Both the position numbers and the translations under genes were made by a program. From IMG/VR virus record IMGVR_UViG_3300032303_002175, positions 1 through 36,491 of that record: DNA of 36,491 bases. One strand, given 5' to 3'. The notes beneath the pieces are model-generated. The model was not told where the DNA came from, searched no databases, and was given only the letters and a program-made list of their open reading frames with translations. The stretch is from a virus (lineage: Duplodnaviria; Caudoviricetes). Of the stretch, positions 16,735 through 28,100 are shown one piece after another (within the stretch, counting starts at the first letter, position 1; every line of letters starts with the position of its first letter).

Positions 16735-19700
16735 ATGGCCGAAAGTTTTTTATCATTTGGTAATTCAGAAACATTTAGAAAACAGTTACTTGTAAGAAAC
16801 CTACCACCATATAATGTGCCGGGAAGTTATACTTCCCCTGAAAACCCAATCAACTACGAAACTAATCTTACGGTTAGTAATATTGTTGACTCCCCAAACA
16901 ATTATGTTTCAACAAATATATTTGCAAAAGAATTATATCCTTTAAACGAATATGGGCCTGATGGTGGGTTTGGTGTACCAATAGGTGTTAATTTAACTCC
17001 TGTGCTAGAACCAAATCAAGGACCGTACTATCCATTAGATGCTGCTCAAGAAGAAGGTTTAGTTGTAATCAATGAGTTTTATATTGAATCGGCGTATGTA
17101 ACAAATAGATGGGGACCATCAGGAGGGTTCAAAGATTTAGTAATAATTACAGATACTTTCTTAACAGACCCTATATACCAACCTTTTTGGAATCCTGGTT
17201 ACTACAATTATTCTTCATATTCTTTATTTAATATTGTATTCCAAGATGACCCAATAGGATCAAACGGACCATTGTCATCGGATAGTTATTTGGCAAAAAT
17301 TGGGGCTTCTCAGTTAAAGTTTGCATTTGATGAGAGAGTTGCCCAAGAAATCAATCAGGCGACTATAGGTGTAATAAATTTAGATACAATATCTGATCCA
17401 TTTACCGCAAGTTTATTAGCAACAGGTCAACAACCTTTTTTCATCAGAGATTGGAAGATTACCGTTCCTGAAAATCCATTAACAAATGCTGTTAATATAG
17501 CAAATAGAATTACGGGAACATATTTTCCTGTATCATTTATACCTGGTGATTACTTTAATGAGAATTCACCTTATGCGAATCCACAACAACAAAACGGAGC
17601 ATTAAATACAATTAACAATTTAACGGGTGGTTTATTATCACCAATTCTAAATAAAAGTAGAAACCCATCTGAAATTTTTGTTGCTAACTCAGGTAACGGT
17701 ACAAGATCAACTTTATTTGCGGCCTTAAATTATAACTTATATAGACCTTCCTATAACATTGGATTAGTACAAGGTCTATCGGCATTGGCAAATGCGTTTG
17801 TTGATCAAGATAGTCCTGCAACAGGAACATATTATGTTGGTAGTCCTAACGCAGAACCAAGTTTAATTGATTCACCACCAAACCAAGTACCTGTTAATCA
17901 ATTTGGTGAACAACAGGCAACTATTGTTTATGGTCCCCAAGAGTTAGCAATTCTTTATGAAGGTAATAATGAACAAATCAAATTTGGTTTAAAAGGTAGA
18001 GCTTATGAAGATGGTGGTGGAACTGCGGGTCAATTAGTTTGGACTTCACCAAAATACAAACCAAACGCAGGGTTTAGAGCAACAAAAGGTGGAGGAGCCG
18101 GAAGTATTGACGGACAATTCAATGAGATATCAGGAGACTACCTACAGTATGAATCCACAAACATTGATTTTAAACCGGGATCAATTCTTTATAACACCCA
18201 AAGATTGGTCGAATCTGCCGATCAAGTACAAGGAGAAGCCAGATTAAAACATGTTGGTACCGCAATCAACCAAGTTTCAAAAGTATTCAACGATGGATAT
18301 AAAGAACTTACTAAAGGTTCTCAAGTTCTATCATATGTTAATCAGGCGGATGGAACACAAGCGGGACTTGAATACTGTAGAGTATTCCAAAAAGATACTC
18401 CATATTTTACTTACGCTGATTTACAGAAAGTTGACGGTATTACCAAAACAGGGAGACAATTTGATTATTCAATTTTTGATAACACATATAACCTTAACAT
18501 TGCACCTCTTAGAAATCCAGGTTCTACAAACATAATTGACGGTAAGGTTAAAAAATATATGTTCTCGTTAGAGAACTTAGCTTGGAGAACATCAGATAGA
18601 CCAGGATTTACTTATGATGATTTACCTGTCTGTGAGAAAGGACCAAATGGTGGAAGAGTAATGTGGTTCCCACCATATAACTTGACATTTTCTGATGACT
18701 CAAGACCTGAGTTTAACCCAACAACATTCTTAGGAAGACCCGAACCAATTTATACTTACAAAAATACAAGTAGAAGTGGTCAGTTGAGTTGGACAATAAT
18801 TGTCGATCACCCTGCAATGATGAACACAATTATTGAAAAACAATTAAAAGGAGTCCAAAAAGACAGAATACAAAGTATTGTAGACTCATTCTATGCTGGT
18901 TGTACAAAATATGATCTTTATGAGTTAGGTATTAAGTTTAACACAATACCGACTAAAGATTTATTTGTTTATCAACAAATATTAAACAACCCAAGATTAA
19001 CAGAAGAAGAACAATTCCAAGTTTTACAAAGTTTACCTGTTGATGAAGCAACAAGTACAATTGATGGAAAGGCGGAAGGTGGTGATGGTAATTCCAACAA
19101 CACAGCAACAGGAACTCAACAAGCAGGAAATCCTGAGTTTGAAACTGTTGATCTTTCTAAGTATGAAGGTACAGGATTCTATTTCCATAATGATATACCA
19201 AAAGGTAATCCATCTCCTCAGGCGGCGAGTCCTTTTGATGTGTATTATAATGAATATTTAGGATTACAAAATGGGGTTTATAAAACTCAAGCACCTGCAA
19301 GAGTTAAGTCAGGAAATGATGTATTTTCAGGTTCAGGCGTACAGAACTTTTTCAACGAGGTAGTTATCGGAAATTTCAATTTTGTTAAAAACGACTTGAT
19401 GAAACAAATCGAGGATATTTTAATAAATAAAAATGGATCGATTGACATTGAAATGGTTGGTTCTGCATCGGCAATTGCATCAGAATCTTACAACCAAAAA
19501 TTATCTGAAAGAAGAAATAATTCAGTTCTTAAATGGTTTTTACAACAACCACTTTCGGGAGGAACAACAATTCAAAAATATTACGATGATAAAAGATTTA
19601 ACATATTATTAAATCCTAATGGAGAGGAAATTGTAATTGCTAAAACAAGAGCTGACGCCGCCGCAACTACAGGTATAACAACTGATATTAGTGTAAACAA

Positions 19701-21792
19701 TGCCGCAGGTGGTGACATCCTAACCGCAAGTGTAAACTGTAGAAACAATGTTTTAGATTTAGGTTATAATCCTGCAAAAGTGACAACGCAGGCAGAATGG
19801 TATAGTATACCGGCTATGGCTTGTCGTAGAGTTGCGATAAGTAAAATTAGTGCTAAAGTTCAAAAAGAACCCGAAAAACCTGTAAAACCAGTATCAACAC
19901 CACCTGAACCTGTAGTTAATAATCCACAAGATATTTTAACAGGTATTACACAAAGTATTAAACCTGAACCTAAGATTACTGTTGAACAAAAAATAAAGGA
20001 AGGTATTTCTAAAAAAATACTTAGAAATTTATTTACGGAATGTGATTACTTTGAGGTTATCAAAGAAAGCAACCCAATGGTTTTTGATACAATTAAGGAT
20101 AGAATTAAATTCTTTAATCCGGCATTTCACTCAATGACACCTGAAGGTTTAAATGCAAGACTTACATTTTTACATCAGTGTACAAGACCTGGACAAACTA
20201 TTCCAATTATTGGTCCTGACGGTAGACCAAAATATAACGATGCGTTAAACACATCATTTGGTGCACCACCTGTATTAGTACTAAGAATAGGTGACTTCTT
20301 TAATACTAAGATTATACCGACATCTATGGGATTAACATTTGAGCAGTTAGACATTAACCCTGAAGGTATTGGTGTACAACCTATGTTAGCTAAGGTAACG
20401 ATGGGATTCAATGTCATTGGTGGTATGGGACTTAAAGAACCTGTACAACAACTTCAAAACGCGCTTTCATTCAATTACTACGCAAACACTGAAATTTATG
20501 ATGAAAGAGCCGTTGCGACTGAAGACACAAGTGAAAGAGATAAATATGTTGTTGAGAAGTTAACAGGAGGATTACCGCCAGTTAGTCAACAACAACAAGC
20601 CGCCATTAACAGCGTTCAGCCTAAACGAGGAGGATCAACAGTTGGTTCAGTGGTTGATGCCACTACAATGGATTATAGTGGTATCTATGCGGATTTAGAA
20701 ACAAACATACAAGGATACTTTAAAGCTTATTATGATTCATTAAGTAAAACAACATTAGATTACTCATATGGGGCGGTTTTAATGTCTATTAAAAATAATA
20801 ACTATACAAAAGGTGATGTTGCCGAATACACGAGTCAAAAAACTGAAATCCAAATTTTTGGTAAGTCAAATGAATATCAAGATTTTGTAGATGGATTAGT
20901 TAAAGATTGTGAAACTGATATAATATTAGGCAATAATCCTATTTTGGAAGCCGCTATAAGTAGATCTGGTGGAATTACAGGAAAACAAAAAAGAGAGATT
21001 CAAGAAAAACTAAAAGCACAAGTTGGTTTGGGAAAAACAGAAATTTTAAATACAATATTCAACAACTCCACAAATATTATATCAGTACAAACTGATTTGA
21101 ACTATGTGTTTAGAAAATTAGATGTTATATCAGATCAATTGGATGGTAGTATGACACAAACTAATGAACCGCTTATGTATGATTTGAGTGGAGATACATT
21201 CTTTAATGTGGACGAAAACAGTGGATCAGTGTTCGACATCCTAACATTCAAATTAAAAAATATTGTAAAAGAATTTAATGACCTTGTGATTGCAAGAGGG
21301 TTTAATGGTGATAACTATAAAAAACTTAATTCAGTTATTGATAACGGTTCGGGTTGTCAAGTTGTGGTTGGTCAGAACGAATCTTTCTTGGAAAATTGTC
21401 CTACCAATAGATATTATTCATTAATGTGTCCTTTCTTCCTAAAAGAAGATAAGTTTACAACTATGGTTAATGAATTAACTAGTGGACCTGAAGTTAAGGG
21501 TGACGGTAATAATTTGGCTAACACAATAACTGTTGAGTGTAATAAATTAAAAGACGAATTTAAAACATTCCAAACATATTGGACAAATGAATTAAAGAAG
21601 TTTGAAGATGATCCTATTTACAAAGAAGCAACAACTTGGAAAGTTCCTGACAACACAGTAAAAACATGTTCATATACAACACCTGCAACAGGTAATTTAA
21701 ATGCAAAAACTAAAAAAATAAAAGATTTGTATTCAAATATTAACTTGAATGAGAAGAAAAACACATTCAATGGAAAAGTAACATTTAATTAA
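16735..21792 (+). CDS. large baseplate / tube-initiator-like protein with an inserted OmpA-like peptidoglycan-binding domain
   Basis: Tube-initiator-type halves (WFPPYNLTFSD...FLGRPEPIYTYKNTSRSGQLSW and APPVLVLRIGDFFNTK) flank an OmpA-C-like motif (FHND...IEMVGSAS...YNQKLSERRNNSV...RRVAI). Confidence 0.7.
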   Translation: MAESFLSFGNSETFRKQLLVRNLPPYNVPGSYTSPENPINYETNLTVSNIVDSPNNYVSTNIFAKELYPLNEYGPDGGFGVPIGVNLTPVLEPNQGPYYPLDAAQEEGLVVINEFYIESAYVTNRWGPSGGFKDLVIITDTFLTDPIYQPFWNPGYYNYSSYSLFNIVFQDDPIGSNGPLSSDSYLAKIGASQLKFAFDERVAQEINQATIGVINLDTISDPFTASLLATGQQPFFIRDWKITVPENPLTNAVNIANRITGTYFPVSFIPGDYFNENSPYANPQQQNGALNTINNLTGGLLSPILNKSRNPSEIFVANSGNGTRSTLFAALNYNLYRPSYNIGLVQGLSALANAFVDQDSPATGTYYVGSPNAEPSLIDSPPNQVPVNQFGEQQATIVYGPQELAILYEGNNEQIKFGLKGRAYEDGGGTAGQLVWTSPKYKPNAGFRATKGGGAGSIDGQFNEISGDYLQYESTNIDFKPGSILYNTQRLVESADQVQGEARLKHVGTAINQVSKVFNDGYKELTKGSQVLSYVNQADGTQAGLEYCRVFQKDTPYFTYADLQKVDGITKTGRQFDYSIFDNTYNLNIAPLRNPGSTNIIDGKVKKYMFSLENLAWRTSDRPGFTYDDLPVCEKGPNGGRVMWFPPYNLTFSDDSRPEFNPTTFLGRPEPIYTYKNTSRSGQLSWTIIVDHPAMMNTIIEKQLKGVQKDRIQSIVDSFYAGCTKYDLYELGIKFNTIPTKDLFVYQQILNNPRLTEEEQFQVLQSLPVDEATSTIDGKAEGGDGNSNNTATGTQQAGNPEFETVDLSKYEGTGFYFHNDIPKGNPSPQAASPFDVYYNEYLGLQNGVYKTQAPARVKSGNDVFSGSGVQNFFNEVVIGNFNFVKNDLMKQIEDILINKNGSIDIEMVGSASAIASESYNQKLSERRNNSVLKWFLQQPLSGGTTIQKYYDDKRFNILLNPNGEEIVIAKTRADAAATTGITTDISVNNAAGGDILTASVNCRNNVLDLGYNPAKVTTQAEWYSIPAMACRRVAISKISAKVQKEPEKPVKPVSTPPEPVVNNPQDILTGITQSIKPEPKITVEQKIKEGISKKILRNLFTECDYFEVIKESNPMVFDTIKDRIKFFNPAFHSMTPEGLNARLTFLHQCTRPGQTIPIIGPDGRPKYNDALNTSFGAPPVLVLRIGDFFNTKIIPTSMGLTFEQLDINPEGIGVQPMLAKVTMGFNVIGGMGLKEPVQQLQNALSFNYYANTEIYDERAVATEDTSERDKYVVEKLTGGLPPVSQQQQAAINSVQPKRGGSTVGSVVDATTMDYSGIYADLETNIQGYFKAYYDSLSKTTLDYSYGAVLMSIKNNNYTKGDVAEYTSQKTEIQIFGKSNEYQDFVDGLVKDCETDIILGNNPILEAAISRSGGITGKQKREIQEKLKAQVGLGKTEILNTIFNNSTNIISVQTDLNYVFRKLDVISDQLDGSMTQTNEPLMYDLSGDTFFNVDENSGSVFDILTFKLKNIVKEFNDLVIARGFNGDNYKKLNSVIDNGSGCQVVVGQNESFLENCPTNRYYSLMCPFFLKEDKFTTMVNELTSGPEVKGDGNNLANTITVECNKLKDEFKTFQTYWTNELKKFEDDPIYKEATTWKVPDNTVKTCSYTTPATGNLNAKTKKIKDLYSNINLNEKKNTFNGKVTFN

Positions 21793-21794
21793 TT

Positions 21795-22118
21795 ATGCCA
21801 TATACATATTGGAATAGATACAGTGATTTTTTAATAAACGGTGAACAAACAGTTGTTCCGTTTGCTCCTCTGCCTTCTAAATCATCAGACAAAAATTATA
21901 TTTACAAAGTAGGTCAATCAAGATTAGATAAAATATCTCAACAGTTTTATGGTACACCATACTTTGGTTGGTTGATTCAGATGGCAAATCCACAATTTTC
22001 GGGTAGTGAATGGGCAATTCCTGATGGTGCAGTATTGACAATTCCATTTCCGTTGGTAGCTTCTTTACAAGACTATAAAAACTCATACGAAAATTACTTC
22101 TTTTATTATGGTAGGTGA
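21795..22118 (+). CDS. LysM / tail-X-like baseplate wedge protein (T4 gp53 / P2 gpX-like)
   Basis: YKVGQSRLDKISQQFYGTPYFGWLIQMANP...IPDGAVLTIP. Confidence 0.8.
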   Translation: MPYTYWNRYSDFLINGEQTVVPFAPLPSKSSDKNYIYKVGQSRLDKISQQFYGTPYFGWLIQMANPQFSGSEWAIPDGAVLTIPFPLVASLQDYKNSYENYFFYYGR

Positions 22119-25100
22119 TCAAGAAAATATCTTAGTAGAACTTGACTACGACAACATAAGTTTAATTGACCCTAACAAAGTTATAGATGAACAGGGGAAC
22201 ATATCAGACAGACTTGTAAAACAAGAAAACCTTGTTTACTATGCAAATCTTGAATGTAATGTTCTACCAAGAACAAAACTAGCGGTTGGTACCGCATTAA
22301 ATGATTCTGTCAGAACAGTATCTGTTGGTAAAATAAACTTCCTTAATCCAGGAAATAATACATTCTTGGGTACAGGTTGGGCTGATGAACTTACAGGTAA
22401 AGACACTCTCACAGGTCAAGGTGTAAATCAACCAAGTCAAAAACAACCGACTAATCCTAACAAATCTGATGACTATTACATTACACAGAACCTATGGTCG
22501 AATGGAACACCAGGGGCTGTAGATAATGGGTTATTAGGAATGAAGTCTATTAATGTTTCAATAGGAACCGACTTCTTACCTGTAATTGATGTTGACTTAG
22601 AAGATGTGAAAGGAAGAGCACTTTTTGAAGGAGGAAACAATTCACCATACGCAGCATTCTTTCAATTACCTTACCCACAATTTACCTTAACACTTAAAGG
22701 ATATTATGGGAAGGCAATTAAGTTTCCGATAATGTTACAATCTTTTACATCTACATTTGACCCAAGTACACACAATTTTCAAATCAAGTTAAAATTCTAC
22801 GGATACAAATATACATTACTTTCTTATGTAAATTTTGGAGCTCTAATGGCGGTTCCACAAATGTATAAGAGTAATATAACAACAACACCGGTATTAAAAG
22901 AACAAGGTAATACTGTTTCAGGATCAGGATCGGTTACCACCCCACAAACTGTGAGTAGAGGTTATCAGAAAATGAAAGAAGTATATTCTATTTATAAATC
23001 GAAAGGTTTAATTCCTGATAACTTCCCTGAGATAACTTTGTTAGAATTAAAATATAGATTACAAAATTTCATCAAAGAAGTTTTGGATCAATTTGAAAAA
23101 GAAAATATGGGTCTTTTGACCGATATGACTTTGTATACAAACAACCTTTTGACATACCAACAAAAAGTTTTTTTATTTTCAAGTGGGTCTTGGTATACAA
23201 CTTATATGGATCGAGACTACCCAATTGTTTTGAAAAAAAAATCTCAAAATGCGTATGTGTTTAAACCACCTTATAATGAACCTAACAGAAGAGTTGATGC
23301 AACTTCAAAATTAGTTGCTGACATAAATCAATATAATGATGTTTTACAACAAAATTCTGTTTTTGGTTTAAAAGGAAGTTTTACTGTTGGAGGTGTAACC
23401 ACACAATCAAATATTCCTGTTGAAATAAATTTGGAAAAAACATTCCAAAGACAAGTTGACATTAGTATGGTAGATTTGGTTGCAACATATGTTGCACAAA
23501 AAAATGCACCAAAAGGAGATTTTTCAGAATCTGACTCTGTTATTATCAACTACAAAAAAACCTTAGAAGGTATATTAGCCGCAAATAGTAACACGGTTTA
23601 TGTATTTGAAGGACCTGGTTCTTTTATGGAAGCGACCGACCAAATTGCTAAAACCGCATCAGATAAAAGAAAAACTATTGAGTCCGCAATCAGCTCAAGT
23701 TTGGCCACAAAATTTAATGCTCAAGGAAATGGTGGGTTAGGATTTATTCCTAGCATCAGAAATATACTGGCGATATTCTATTGTCAAGGTGAATCATTTC
23801 TTAGATTACTTGATGATGTACATAAAAAAGCTTGGGATCAAAGAGAAAATAAATATAGAAGGGCTGCAATATTTGGTAATGTAACTTCGGCACCAAGTGT
23901 TGATGTTAAAACCTCAACACAAAATAATGAACCAATTTATCCATGGCCACAAGTCATAAAAGAAACAATTGGTGAGGATAATAAAGAAAAATTTGAAATT
24001 GTTTATCCTGGTGATCAAACAGTTGCAACAACATATAGGGCGTACAGTCCTGAAGTTTGGCCTGAGGTTGAGTTTGTCGAACAATTCATTAAGGGTTATA
24101 CGGAAAGAATTAACACAGGTTTATTTGATTCACAAGCATTTGGATCAAACCTACAACCTGAAAGAGAATCACTTAACGGAATAGATTTCCCCATTTCAAA
24201 TGAAGTATTCCAAAATAAAGAAGAATCAAAATATTTTTACGAGATATATGAGAGATTAATGATAAACTCTTTTTACAGTAGATTTAATAGAAAATCAGGA
24301 TATAACTTAAGTATATATGAGGTTGAAGGAGACGCTGAGGCAGTCAATGTATTACAAAGTTTGGGTGTTGATAACCCATTCTTAGCGAAGAAATTAAAAG
24401 AGTACCTTTTAGATTCTAATAACTATGTACCATTTTTAAGACACATTTCAAATGAAGGGCAAGGTGAAAGTTGGCAAACATTTGTTAGAGGTGAGTTTGT
24501 TACTCCTTATTTAAGAAATGATGCGAATAATCCTAATGTATTATACAACGGGGCTATTTTTTCATCGTTAGAATCTCAACCTACAGTATCACTTAGTAAT
24601 CAAAACAATATTGTTAATATAACTAAGTATCTAAGTGATTCTACGGCATCTAATGAATTTGATTTTGTTGACACATATCCTATTACTGATTTTTCATGGG
24701 TTAAGTTAAACATGGCAAACGGTAAAAGTTTGAATAATGAAACCGAAGTTTTTGATACCAAAAATATTTTAAATTACAATGAGGTACATAAAACGGTAAC
24801 TAACTTCACCCTTCAAGATACAAGAAATGATAAAAGACCGTTTACACATTTTAACTTTTTAAACATAGATGTAACCGCAAACTCCGCATTTCTTAAGACA
24901 TTCTACGAAACTAGAAAATTCTCTACTCAAGTAATCACTGAGGGTAATTTGAATTATGAAAATTATATAGGTCAATTGACTGATAAACAGACTACCTCTA
25001 TGATGAACACTCCTTATTTTATTAATGCAATTCAAAAGGGTGTGTTTAACTTTAGATATAAACAGAATGAAACATCACCTTATAAAAGTGCCGCTTATCT

Positions 25101-28100
25101 ATTTTTAAATAGTTTACCATTGGCAACACTTAAGGAACGATATAGAACATTAAAAGACGCAACAACAACTGACTTAGATTATATAGTATCTACTTTAAAA
25201 AAGTTTGGTGCGGTACACAAGTTACCATACGCTTGGATTTTAAAGTACGGATCAATTTGGCATAGATATAAAGTTTACAAAGAAACGGGCGTAGATATTT
25301 TAGATGAGGTTTGGACAGATTTTAACTATTTGGAAAATTGGGATCCCGCAACTTCAGCCGCAACATATTCATACAATCTAACCATAGATGGTACACCAAG
25401 AACTTTGGTGTTAGATGCGACATCACCGGCACCTGAATTTACAGATATTAACACAGGATTTTATCCTCAGTTAGTTGATGATTGGAATGTATTTATACAA
25501 GGATTAAAAATTTTTAGTGGACAGTCACAAGTTAATGGTACTTTAGTTGTGGAATCAATTTCAGGATCATGTAATACAATCCAAGTTACAGGTACCTGTT
25601 CGACAAACGGTACTGGAATTACGATTAATTCAATTACAAATAACTACATTACAACACCACACACAATTTTTATTCCATCATTAAATGCGAGCATCCAATT
25701 AAATACACAACAGAGTGGTACACCAGGAGGAGTTGGTTTTTATACAACGCCTCTAAATTTCAATGCCGCCTTTACGACCTTACCTTTTATTTTAGGAAGT
25801 TTTGGTACGATAACAAATAACAGTCAATACTCATTACAAGTAGGTTCTATTTTAAGTGGAAGTCCATCAGTTTCTGCTGTAACCATATTAGATGTTTTTA
25901 GTGCCGTTACACCAAATACACAGATATGTGAAATTTCCAGCACATCGGCTGAAACATATAATTATACAGTATTAAATCCACCCGTACAAGTCCTTTCAAT
26001 AACTAATAATCTCATAACTAACGGTAGTATACTTAACGGTACCAATTTGTTTGGTAACTTAGTTATTTCATCTCAAACTTCAGGAACAACAGGAGGTGTT
26101 GGTTTATACCAAACCTCATCAATACAACCATCAGTCACATCTCCTTTTGTTATACAAGGGGTTACAATACAAGGTATTGGTTCTCAACAAATTCAAAACA
26201 ATTTGAATAATGAGAATTTAATAATGATGAACACAACAAACTCCACAATATTTGAAACATCAGGATTTGACATTTCTAATTTACAAAGATCAATGAGAAT
26301 AAGCCCATGGTCTGTTTTAGTTAGAAATACAAAGGCACCTAACACTTATTTTGTAACACCTTCGTTTGGGTCAAATATTAATCAAGTTAAACCCGAAGCA
26401 TTTAGATTTGGATTGATGAAACAAGAACTATCTAACAATCCATCCATGTTTAATGGAAGTGTAAGGTTGTTTTGGGACGCACCTCAATTCGGTTGGTTTG
26501 ACAACTCAAGAGTTGTTAAAAATAATCCTGAAACATACATGAAGAAAATACTCTTTAATGAGGTCAACCAACAAAACTTCTCAATAAATGGTAATACCTC
26601 AGAGTACTCCAATTTTGAGGAGTTGTTTACAACTTTTGATACAAGTGTATTAGACTATTTAGAATCTGAATTTTTAAACTTTAGTAGATCAATTTATGAT
26701 TTTGAAGATACTTTACCAAATCCATTAATAGAACAAGAATTAGTTCCAGGGTCGCAAAGAAGAGTTAATGAAATTACAGATGCTGAAAGATCATATAAGA
26801 ATTTCCAAGCGTTAATGAGAGAACTTATGGTTATTAATAAACCTACTGGTGACTCTCCTGAAGTAAAACTTGAAAATGTAATTACAGAACAAAACCAAAA
26901 GTTCCAAAGCGTTCTAAGTGAATTTATTAATTACGATGTGGCATTTAAATATGGAAACCCAAGTAATTTTGATAAAAGATTGTTTTATACATTTTCTTCT
27001 AAGTTCATTGAAGAACCAATTATTTATGGTCCATACGAACAAGGAAATTTACCTCCTCAAGTTACTCTTAGCCAATCCAAAACACAAAATCCTAAAACAT
27101 GGGAAGCTTTAGAATATTATGTTGGTAAATCAACAATACCCCAACTTGAGTATAAAAATAGTGGGTCTTACATTACGGACTTCTTTATTAATATGAATGT
27201 TGCGTTTAATGAAAAGAATGTACAGGATTTTGCACCACTAATTAAGATTTATGCGTCACAGAAATTAAAAACCCCCAATTTAAATTTAGGAAGTTTTAAT
27301 AACCTGATGAACTTATATATAGATGAATCAGATCTTTATATTGGTAATGTTTTAAATGTGATGTTACCATATGTAAGAAAACAATTACCAAATGTTTTTG
27401 TTAGCAATGATGATACCGCAACAAGAGCAAATTTAGAGGCTGGTTTTACTGAACAGACAAGAGTTGAATTATGGGAAACATTCAAAGCGTTAAATGATAC
27501 ATGGATTGCGGGATTTGATTTCGAAAGTAAAACATTGTTTGAAGATGTATTACTTGTTGATAGGGCAAGTAGAAATGTTGGTGACAAAATTTTAGTTGAT
27601 ATCTATGGTATTATAAACTTACTTGAGGATGGGGCAACTGAAAAAAATCAAGGAAGTAACTCTTACAAGAACACTTTGTTAGATATGGTGACCACAATAT
27701 TGGTACAAAACAATTTCCAACACTTTATGTTACCGGCATATGTAAACTTCTATAATGTACAAGATGCGCAAAAAAACCCAACACCAAGACCTGATGGAAC
27801 ATTAGAAGTTGGTAATATGATGTTTGGTACTTATTTAAATGTGGATTACAGACAAAGTTCACCAAAGTTTCTTTGTTACTATGTTAGTAAACCAAGTGAA
27901 CACCTTAACATGAATAACAATATTGATTATAGATTCAGAGATGATGCGTTCGATTTAAGAAGAGCAAGCGACAACCCACTTTTAGAAAACCTTAAAAATA
28001 AAAATGATTGGGATAAGTCTAATAAAATTGTAGGGTTCAATGTCGACCCAACAAGGGAGAACCAACAAATCTTTAAATCATTTAGTGTTGCTCAAGATCC

